A stretch of 64,000 nucleotides of DNA from a virus: positions 1-64,000 of IMG/VR virus record IMGVR_UViG_3300023179_000042; one strand, written 5' to 3'. The notes beneath the pieces were generated by a model that did not search any database, was not told the DNA's origin, and saw nothing but the letters and a program-made list of their open reading frames with translations. The translations under genes and the position numbers were made by a program. Positions 38,755 through 45,929 of the stretch are shown here, piece by piece (position 1 is the stretch's first letter; each line of letters begins with the position of its first letter).

Positions 38755-38759
38755 ATCTA

Positions 38760-38767
38760 TATTTATG
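38760..38767 (-). promoter_or_regulatory. T4-type late promoter variant (CATAAATA)
   Basis: Overlaps the portal stop codon, just upstream of the 81-aa gene. Confidence 0.45.
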
Positions 38768-40481
38768 CTGCCGGAGCTTCAGTTGGGGTTGGACTAGCAC
38801 CACCCGGGGAAGCAGGCGCAACTTCTTCGCCAGCGGCGCCGGGCTCTGGAGGTGCTGTTAAATTATTAATATCACTGCCCATTCCGTTAGCAGTTACACC
38901 AACACCTCTTAGTTCAGCACTTGGATTTAAATTGCTGTCTAAATCCGTATTTTCTTCGCGCCATAACTTTTCGTTTTCAGCAACTTCTTCAGCAGTTAGA
39001 CCTAAGAAGCGTTTTAAAGCAAAACGCTTGCTAACCATTGGAATTGCTGCCATGGTGTTAAATGTATTAACACGAGCTGTATCCATTTCTGCTTGACGGT
39101 AACTGGCAAAATTTTGAGGTGGATTGAATTTTAAATCAAACAAATTGTCATCAATGTTGATACCTTTGTTTCTCATGTAGCGTTTAAATTCATCATCAAA
39201 CTGCTCATTAATTAGACTTTGTAAACGCTCACAGTACTTGTTAAATCGTAATTCCTGTATGTAGGCTGTTCCAACTCGACCATCATTAAAGTTGCTTCCT
39301 CCGTCGTCAGATCCAGTAGGGAGATAAGAGCTAGGAATGCGTAAAGCCCTAAACAGCTTATTAGTAAAATACTTAAGATCATCAATTTCTCCTAAGTTCT
39401 GACCGCCTTGTAAAATTTCAACTTTACTGCCTCGGCCTTCAGCTGTCTGTGGAAAGAAATAATCTTCGTTGATACTTAACGGATTATAACTTGAATCAAT
39501 AACTGTTTGACTGCCACCGGTGGTGCTAGGAATGCGGCGCTGATTTACTTCGTTTTTAACACGCTCAACAAAACTCATAGCTAAGTGACTGGGCATATTA
39601 CCTACATCAATGTAAAATACACGACGCTCTGGTGCCCGTTGTACACGATAGATAATAATGCTATCTTCAAGTAATTCTTTTTGTTTGAATACCTTAAAAA
39701 TACTTTCCATTAGGCTATTACCAAATGGATAGTTGTTGTCAATACCTTCACTCATGCTAATATGAATAACATGACGAGCATCAATCACATATTGATTTTG
39801 TTGTTGACTAAATCTGCTGCCAGTTGTACTTGTAGGAAATGCGCCAACCATACCGCGGCTTCCGCCGGCGCCGCCTTGTCCGGTTCCATAAGCGCCGCCA
39901 AATGTGCTACCGCCGCCTTGTAGGTTACTAGGTTGAATAGCAGTTGTGTTTAGTGCTTCTAAATTAGGATTAAAATCACGAATAAAATATTGTTCAGGAG
40001 CCTTGCCATCACTTTCGTTAACAATAATTTTGTCCACTTTAGCAGGATCAATGTACATCCATTTTTGTGTTTCTGGGTCGCGTACAAAAAATACATCGCC
40101 ATATTTTAGTGCGTTTCTAACAATTTTAAAAATACGCTTTTCAAATTTGTTGATCTTACACCATTGTTGTAGGTATTTTTTAATAATACTGATTTCACTT
40201 CCAGTGGCCTGATCCTTAAAGAAAATCTGAAAAGGTGTTCTGTTTTCTTCGTTAATTTGTGTACAAAATTCAGCAAGAATGTCCAAAGCAGCATTAACTT
40301 CGCTGTCCGTGTCCATTGTGTCATACTGGCCATAACGCTCTAGTCTATTAGGATGCCCGGCATAGACATCAGGAAGATAGCTTGAATAATTTGTGCGTAC
40401 AGGATTTGCACGGCCGCTACCACTGATTAGGCTGGTAGAACCGCTTGTGTTAACAGGTGTAAAATATTTTTTCCAGCTCAT
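38763..40481 (-). CDS. gp20: Portal protein (gp20-like)
   Basis: LLEDSIIIYRVQRAPERRVFYIDVGNMP, EDYFFP...GRGSKVEILQGGQNLGEIDDLKYF and ELRFNKYCERLQ motifs. Confidence 0.97.
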   Translation of the reverse strand: MSWKKYFTPVNTSGSTSLISGSGRANPVRTNYSSYLPDVYAGHPNRLERYGQYDTMDTDSEVNAALDILAEFCTQINEENRTPFQIFFKDQATGSEISIIKKYLQQWCKINKFEKRIFKIVRNALKYGDVFFVRDPETQKWMYIDPAKVDKIIVNESDGKAPEQYFIRDFNPNLEALNTTAIQPSNLQGGGSTFGGAYGTGQGGAGGSRGMVGAFPTSTTGSRFSQQQNQYVIDARHVIHISMSEGIDNNYPFGNSLMESIFKVFKQKELLEDSIIIYRVQRAPERRVFYIDVGNMPSHLAMSFVERVKNEVNQRRIPSTTGGSQTVIDSSYNPLSINEDYFFPQTAEGRGSKVEILQGGQNLGEIDDLKYFTNKLFRALRIPSSYLPTGSDDGGSNFNDGRVGTAYIQELRFNKYCERLQSLINEQFDDEFKRYMRNKGINIDDNLFDLKFNPPQNFASYRQAEMDTARVNTFNTMAAIPMVSKRFALKRFLGLTAEEVAENEKLWREENTDLDSNLNPSAELRGVGVTANGMGSDINNLTAPPEPGAAGEEVAPASPGGASPTPTEAPAA

Positions 40482-40484
40482 ATA

Positions 40485-42806
40485 TTAGGGTGTTTGAAAC
40501 AAGTTACCATTTAAAGATTTAATCGCTTCTAAATTTCTCTTGGTAAAATCAGCGGTTTCCTTGGTATTTCTGGCCACTTCTGACATAAGTGTATTTAACT
40601 GTGCTATCTCTTTAAGAAGCTTTTCTTCGTGGACATTGTTATCTTCTTCTTCCTCAATTATGGTTTCATCAGCGGATTCTTGCTTTTCGTCTGATGCTTT
40701 TGCGTCTGAGTTAGCTTTGGCCATGTCTCTAGCCAAATTAGTTCCGTCAAGAGCCAACGCAGCGGCTGTCCCAAAGCCTGGAATAAGGCTAGCAATGCCA
40801 CTAGCACCAGCAATACCAGCTCCGAGAAAATCTCCACCTTTAACTCGTTGATAGGCATCATAGGCACCAAACGCAAGACCAACCCCGGGTAAGACTTTGG
40901 CTGCTGTTTTAGCAGCTCCGGCTTTTACTGCACCTGCGGCTGTGGTTTTTGCAGCTGCTTCGGCGGCGGCTTTTTCGGCGGCTTTTTTTGCAGCTGCTTC
41001 AGCGGCGGCTTTTTCGGCGGCTGCGGCCTGGGCAGAAACTCGACGACCTGTTTCGGTATCTACAAAATACTTTTTACCGCGCTTATCTATTTTTTCTTCA
41101 ATTTTCGGTTTTGGTGGTGTCTTGCCAGGAGGGCCACCGCTGCCAGGAGGGCCACCGCTGCCAGGAGGGCCGCCTTGCGGACCACCTGCGCCGGGCAAAC
41201 CTTTCTTACCAAGTTCACCGATAGTTCCTAGCAGTCTATTAGCCACACCTCTTACAGATCTGTAGGCTAGTACTGCAGCTGCTATAGCACCAACGCCTAA
41301 TACAAGACCCTTTTGCCATCCTTCTAACCCGTTAAATAATGCTGTTACTTTTTGAACTGCCTCGGCCATTTTGCCTAACGCATCGACCATCTTATCTAAC
41401 GCAGGACTAACGGTGCTATAAATTGTAGCACCAAGATCTTGCATTGCTTTTTCAACATTGGCCATTTTGGCAGCTTGCGAGTTTTCTCTTTTTTCTCTGT
41501 CTTCTAAAATTTTCTTTTCTCTAGCGGCAAACGCTTCTGCGGTTGTTAGTCCTGCTATTTGATCTTGTGCTACACCGGCTACTAATGGACCAACTTTACC
41601 AAGTAAATCTTGATTAGCAGAAAAAGTAGATTCTGAAATATTATCAACACCTTCTTGCATTGCTAGACTGACTTTAGCCTGTGCTTTTTTAAATTGTTCA
41701 CTATCAGTGCCAAACTCTTGTCCTGCCCGATGCATTTCTCTCATAGCTTCTTGGACACCGGGGGCTAGCGAAGCAGTAGCTCTTCCTTGTTCAGTAATTA
41801 CTTCTCTATTTTGAGCCATGGCTAAAGCCATATCAACACCGGCTGTTCCTAACTTTTCTTGCATAAACATTAGTGTTGATTTAAAAGCAGCTCGCTGTTC
41901 GGGCGGCATTCTAGCAAGAGTAAGCTGGGCATCAGCTGACATTTTTTCTACTTTATTTTTTTCTGCTAATTCTTCTCTACTTTTTCCTGTAATAGCAGCT
42001 AGTCTATCTAACTCAATTAGGTAATTGGCCGCCCCCTTGTTTAACGATTCTTGTTGTTCTTTAGTTTTTTTTCCGCCTACGCTAAGACCGGATACATAAC
42101 TTGCTATTGCATTAGCAGCTTCTTGTCCGCTATATCCTAATGCTCTAATTGTATTTCCAGCATCGCTATTTCTTATAGATAATGCCATTGAGCTAACTTG
42201 TTTGCGACCTTCTTCAACACTACCACCAAAAGTTTTTAAAGTTTCAGAATTTTTTTGAATAAAAGCACTTTGTTCACTTAGTGTCATACCTAATCGCAAA
42301 GCTGTTACTCTCATTTCTGTTAAATTACCAGCAAATGTTCCACCAATTTTTGATATTGATCTATATTGTGCTAGCTCTTCTTCTTTTATCCTAGCAACAG
42401 TAGCAAATGCTCCGACTACCAATCCTGCTACAGGATGAATTTTATCAAAAATACCTTTTAGAGAATCTAATGCTACACTGGCACGACCAGTACCAGCCAT
42501 GAGCTCTTGTCCAAGTGGCTGTAGCGAGCTACCCCAAGATCTAAGTTGTTCAACAACTAATCCGGATCCTACCCAGAGTTTCTTAAAAACACCGGCGCCC
42601 TGAACAGCCTGTTGTCCAACTTGTTCTAAACCAGCATTTGCGGTATCAACTTGAAGACCACTTTTTGCAACCATCCTCTTGAGTTGATCAAGATTTTGTT
42701 TGTTAGCTGCCATTGACGATTGAAGTAGCAATCGTAAGGTTGCTTCAGTAGCCGCGTTATTAAGCTCTACTCGTTCATTACCAATGTTACCAAAGACTTC
42801 AGCCAT
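40485..42806 (-). CDS. Tape-measure-like / baseplate hub (gp29-like) protein, 773 aa
   Basis: Long alpha-helical Ala/Gln/Lys-rich protein with hydrophobic Gly/Ala segments (GLVLGVGAIAAAVLAY, GDFLGAGIAGASGIASLIPGFG). It is divergently adjacent to the gp26/gp51-like genes. Confidence 0.6.
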   Translation of the reverse strand: MAEVFGNIGNERVELNNAATEATLRLLLQSSMAANKQNLDQLKRMVAKSGLQVDTANAGLEQVGQQAVQGAGVFKKLWVGSGLVVEQLRSWGSSLQPLGQELMAGTGRASVALDSLKGIFDKIHPVAGLVVGAFATVARIKEEELAQYRSISKIGGTFAGNLTEMRVTALRLGMTLSEQSAFIQKNSETLKTFGGSVEEGRKQVSSMALSIRNSDAGNTIRALGYSGQEAANAIASYVSGLSVGGKKTKEQQESLNKGAANYLIELDRLAAITGKSREELAEKNKVEKMSADAQLTLARMPPEQRAAFKSTLMFMQEKLGTAGVDMALAMAQNREVITEQGRATASLAPGVQEAMREMHRAGQEFGTDSEQFKKAQAKVSLAMQEGVDNISESTFSANQDLLGKVGPLVAGVAQDQIAGLTTAEAFAAREKKILEDREKRENSQAAKMANVEKAMQDLGATIYSTVSPALDKMVDALGKMAEAVQKVTALFNGLEGWQKGLVLGVGAIAAAVLAYRSVRGVANRLLGTIGELGKKGLPGAGGPQGGPPGSGGPPGSGGPPGKTPPKPKIEEKIDKRGKKYFVDTETGRRVSAQAAAAEKAAAEAAAKKAAEKAAAEAAAKTTAAGAVKAGAAKTAAKVLPGVGLAFGAYDAYQRVKGGDFLGAGIAGASGIASLIPGFGTAAALALDGTNLARDMAKANSDAKASDEKQESADETIIEEEEDNNVHEEKLLKEIAQLNTLMSEVARNTKETADFTKRNLEAIKSLNGNLFQTP
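41123..41171. repeat. 18-bp tandem repeat (about 2.7 copies) encoding GGPPGS
   Basis: tgccaggagggccaccgc at 41123 and 41141, with a partial copy at 41159. Confidence 0.9.
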
Positions 42807-42829
42807 ATTTTAAGCCAATAATGTATGTA

Positions 42830-42837
42830 TATAAATA
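42830..42837 (+). promoter_or_regulatory. T4 late promoter (TATAAATA)
   Basis: Perfect consensus upstream of the gp26-like gene. Confidence 0.7.
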
Positions 42838-42861
42838 ATAGATCAAATAATAATCTTATAT

Positions 42862-42869
42862 TATTTATT
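42862..42869 (-). promoter_or_regulatory. T4-type late promoter variant (AATAAATA)
   Basis: Upstream of the tape-measure-like/portal operon. Confidence 0.55.
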
Positions 42870-42880
42870 GGAGACAATTT

Positions 42881-43747
42881 ATGGACCAACCCCAAGCATC
42901 GGTAAATCCCTTACTAAATTACATGCGACAACCAAAAATTTACATCACACTTCCTAGTAATGGCGAGTATTGGCCCGAAGGAAGTTTGGTAAAAACCGAA
43001 ACTAACGAATATCCAGTCTACAGTATGACTGCCAGAGATGAGTTGATTCTTCAGATCCCCGACGCCCTAATGAACGGGCAAGGTGTAGTTGATATGATAC
43101 AGAGCTGTGTTCCTAACATTAAAAATGCCTGGGACGCGCCAAGCATCGACATTGATCTAATTTTAATTGCTATTAGATTAGCTACTTTTGGTGACAAATA
43201 CACAGTTCCTTTAAACTTTTCTGACGATCTTGATATGGAGTATCAAGTAAGTTTAACGGATATTATTCAAACCTTGGCATCGTCAATTAAATGGAATCCA
43301 ATTATTCCAATTAACGATCAATTAACTATCTATGTTAAACCTTTATCATATCGTGATATTACTAAAATGACTATTGCTGGTATGGAAACTCAAAAAATAA
43401 TGGACATAGTGGCAGATGAAAGTCTAAACGAAGAAGATAAGGTTAACCTGTTTAAAGAAAGTCTAGGCAAATTAACAGCTATTACATTGGGCACTGTTCA
43501 GGCATCTATCTACAAAGTTGATACTCCTAATGGAAGTACAACAGATAAAAATCATATTGATGAATTTGTTAACAATATTGACAAGGAAATTTTTAACCAA
43601 GTTCAACAGCACTTGGAAATGTTAAAAGATATCAATGCTTTGAAACCGATTAAGATTCCTGTATCTGATGAAATGCGAGAAAAAGGCTACGAAGGCGAAT
43701 TTGTCGAAGTACCTATTCAATTTGATCCATCAAATTTTTTCGCCTAA
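42881..43747 (+). CDS. Baseplate hub assembly chaperone (gp26-like)
   Basis: NPLLNYMRQPKIYITLPSNG, MTARDEL and DIDLILIAIRLATFG motifs; ends in NFFA. A perfect TATAAATA and SD ggag lie upstream. Confidence 0.7.
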   Translation: MDQPQASVNPLLNYMRQPKIYITLPSNGEYWPEGSLVKTETNEYPVYSMTARDELILQIPDALMNGQGVVDMIQSCVPNIKNAWDAPSIDIDLILIAIRLATFGDKYTVPLNFSDDLDMEYQVSLTDIIQTLASSIKWNPIIPINDQLTIYVKPLSYRDITKMTIAGMETQKIMDIVADESLNEEDKVNLFKESLGKLTAITLGTVQASIYKVDTPNGSTTDKNHIDEFVNNIDKEIFNQVQQHLEMLKDINALKPIKIPVSDEMREKGYEGEFVEVPIQFDPSNFFA

Positions 43748-43752
43748 GGCTT

Positions 43753-43971
43753 TTGTATCTTGACCCCGAAGCGGTCAAATCAATGATTGAAAAATTTGAA
43801 AAAGATACAAAAGCCATTAAAGAAGAATTATTTAAAATGTGTTGGTACCTGAGAGGCGGACTCAGTTATACCGAAGCTTTAAATTTAAGTTTTGAAGAAC
43901 GGCAAATTATTGGCAAGATAATTGAAAACAACCTTGAGATAACCAAGGAAACCGGACAACCGTTCTTTTAA
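43753..43971 (+). CDS. gp51-like baseplate hub assembly protein, possibly made as a -1 frameshift extension of the upstream gene
   Basis: WYLRGGLSYTEALNLSFEERQII resembles the gp51-type motif. The start is only a TTG with no clear SD, and the ORF is in the -1 frame behind a slippery sequence. Confidence 0.65.
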   Translation: MYLDPEAVKSMIEKFEKDTKAIKEELFKMCWYLRGGLSYTEALNLSFEERQIIGKIIENNLEITKETGQPFF

Positions 43972-43972
43972 T

Positions 43973-44713
43973 TTATCTAGAAATTAATTTGCTCAAATAG
44001 ACTACACGATCGTATTCTTCGTTGTAGCCTCGAACAAGGTTAGGATTATCATCTTCTGGCGGAGTCACTGCTGGAGCAGCAGGTTTAGCACTTGGTTTTT
44101 TGCTCTTTGTTGGCTTGACCGCACTTGCTGCATCTGCTGGAGGCACAGCCGGAGTTGTAGCTGTACTTGCGGCTGGAGCAGCGGTAGTTGCCGCCGGCTG
44201 TGCTGAAATAGCATCTAATTTATCTTTGGCATAGGCTACTACATTTTGTCGATCTCTACTTCTAACTTTTTGTACACTTGCCACAGCTTGATCAACTTCT
44301 TGTTTGGCCTGACCGGCAGCAACACGATTGCTAGCTGCTGTTACTCCGGTAGCAGCTGGCGCCGAAACTCCACTAGCGGAACCAGTTGGTGCTCCAGTAC
44401 CACTCAATGAACTTGCTGGCGCAGTACCACCAGCTGTAGCACCTGAAGCGGAACCAGTTGGTGCTCCAGTACCACTCAATGAACTTGCTGGCGCAGTACC
44501 ACCAGCTGTAGCACCTGAAGCGGAACCAGTTGACGCGGCAGGAGCTGTTTGGGCACTATCATCCCAACTACCCTTGGCATCTTGGTAACCTTTTTTAACA
44601 TCTCTTCCAAATGCTTTTAGGCCACCAACTACGTGTCCAGCTGTTTTGCCAATAACTGAACCTAGACCTTCGTCTATAGTTTCTTCAAGTACAATAATTT
44701 CATTGATTTTCAT
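43973..44713 (-). CDS. Low-complexity Ala/Thr/Pro-rich late protein, candidate internal head protein
   Basis: The likely start is MKINEII at 44713; the ORF track gives 44725. A perfect TATAAATA lies upstream and there is an internal 72-bp repeat. Confidence 0.7.
   Translation of the reverse strand: MKINEIIVLEETIDEGLGSVIGKTAGHVVGGLKAFGRDVKKGYQDAKGSWDDSAQTAPAASTGSASGATAGGTAPASSLSGTGAPTGSASGATAGGTAPASSLSGTGAPTGSASGVSAPAATGVTAASNRVAAGQAKQEVDQAVASVQKVRSRDRQNVVAYAKDKLDAISAQPAATTAAPAASTATTPAVPPADAASAVKPTKSKKPSAKPAAPAVTPPEDDNPNLVRGYNEEYDRVVYLSKLISR
44375..44532. repeat. 72-bp perfect tandem repeat (2.2 copies) encoding TGSASGATAGGTAPASSLSGTGAP
   Basis: The unit beginning agcggaaccagttggtgctccagtacc occurs at 44375 and 44447, with a partial copy at 44519. 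Confidence 0.95.
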
Positions 44714-44740
44714 AGTCTTATCCAAAAAAATGATTAAAGT

Positions 44741-44748
44741 TATTTATA
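44741..44748 (-). promoter_or_regulatory. T4 late promoter (TATAAATA)
   Basis: Perfect consensus between the ncRNA 3' hairpin and the MKINEII gene. Confidence 0.7.
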
Positions 44749-44755
44749 AGGATTA

Positions 44756-45174
44756 AGGTGAACTTTGTTCACCTGCCCTTTCGCTTGTCGCTCATGGCAA
44801 ATTTACATCGAAGATGTTTAAGTATCATCTAGATTAAGTGGTCACACTTTGCCCGCACAGGGCAAAGATTTCTGGGCATCATCTGAGTTGCACAGTCACA
44901 TAGCGTTAGAGCATTACAGTGGCGGTTGACCGGTACCACGAGCTCAGTCTTTATTCAACGGCAGGAGCATACAAATACGCTATCATTCATATGTCCGTTA
45001 GGGAATTACCCTTCTTTTTGCCTATTCATTCCTCTTCAAACAACCAAATCGCAGGTCTTAGTTAGCGATCCTCATCCTTTCGGGTAGTGGTTGAGTACTC
45101 TTAGCGGCGAGAGATTTCCGTCCCTGCGACCCGAGGTCCAGGTTTAGAGCACACGAACTTGGCCTGTGCGAGCC
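44756..45174 (-). ncRNA. Candidate large structured non-coding RNA (about 420 nt), family unassigned
   Basis: ORF-free and visibly GC-richer. At least 10 stems, an 11-bp long-range helix (45163-45173 with 44851-44861), a 7-bp loop pseudoknot (44977-44983 with 44900-44906) and a GAAA tetraloop. Mismatches become G-U wobbles on the minus strand. Confidence 0.7.
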
Positions 45175-45609
45175 TTAACCGTTTAATTTGCCTTTGATGT
45201 GTGAGCCATGGACACGGCACTGGATATGGCCGTTGTAATATTCATCTGATTCTAAGACTTGGTGTCTAAATTGCTCTCTTGCCTCAATATAACTACATTC
45301 TGCTTTAGATTTACAGTAGTAGAGTATTTCTCGTTTAAAATTATCTTTGCCTAATTTATTAATATCTTCTGTTAGATTAGGACTGGACCCATAATATTCC
45401 TGCCAGTCACTGTCTATTTTGCTACGAATTTTTTTCTTTTTCTTGTTGCCGTTTTTTAACTTTACTGTTTTGTAGGTTGTTTTACTAAATTTTGCTAATT
45501 TTTTGCCTATGTATTTTTTATTATTTGAAATATTTGTTATGATGTAGACAAACCCTACACAATCTTCGGGTAGTGCCTCAACTAAAGAATTTTGATAAAA
45601 CCAAGACAT
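45175..45609 (-). CDS. GIY-YIG family endonuclease (Seg/EndoII-like), 144 aa
   Basis: GFVYIITN...KKYIGKK motif, SDWQEYYGSS, FKREIL, a conserved Glu in YIEAREQ, and YYNG. There is a lysine-rich segment after YIG. Confidence 0.85.
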   Translation of the reverse strand: MSWFYQNSLVEALPEDCVGFVYIITNISNNKKYIGKKLAKFSKTTYKTVKLKNGNKKKKKIRSKIDSDWQEYYGSSPNLTEDINKLGKDNFKREILYYCKSKAECSYIEAREQFRHQVLESDEYYNGHIQCRVHGSHIKGKLNG

Positions 45610-45929
45610 TATGGGTCAACATTTTCGTTCGCACCATTTTTCTTTTTAAATAACTGAGTTCGTTGTAACCGATGTTGTCTTTGTTCTCTTCTTAATCTTT
45701 TTAATTCTTTCTCACCGTGTAATTTTGTCAAATATGCTTCTCTAATACTAACCATCATTTCTTTTTCAAGCTCGCGCATTTCTTTTAGCATACGCCGACA
45801 ATCTGTACTAGATATTTCACTTACATTGGTTAAAAAAGTCGTGTGTCTGTTATAGTAGTTTACTATTAAAGAAACAAATTTGTGATATTGTTCCTTATAA
45901 TTTTCAAGATGTTGATTAGACATAGTCAA
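45609..45929 (-). CDS. Hypothetical basic helical protein (106 aa)
   Basis: Its ends overlap gp46 and the nuclease gene, suggesting translational coupling. The C-terminus is R/K-rich. Confidence 0.65.
   Translation of the reverse strand: MTMSNQHLENYKEQYHKFVSLIVNYYNRHTTFLTNVSEISSTDCRRMLKEMRELEKEMMVSIREAYLTKLHGEKELKRLRREQRQHRLQRTQLFKKKNGANENVDP

Noticed and set aside
38095-44532. Tandem repeats (27, 18 and 72 bp) as CRISPR-like arrays
   Set aside because: All have unit lengths that are multiples of 3, lie in frame inside CDSs and have no unique spacers. No cas genes are present.
44756-45174. Interpreting the structured region as a tRNA cluster, tmRNA, RNase P, group I/II intron or retron msr-msd
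   Set aside because: There is no cloverleaf, T-loop or CCA, no RNase P or group II domain V consensus, and it does not interrupt a gene. TCAACCACTAC resembles a group I R element but no matching S strand was found. There is no reverse transcriptase in the window. A covariance search is still needed.
45175-45609. GIY-YIG gene as an intron-encoded or freshly inserted mobile homing endonuclease
   Set aside because: It interrupts no gene, is translationally coupled to the gp46 operon and lacks homing-type DNA-binding domains, so it is not called a mobile element.
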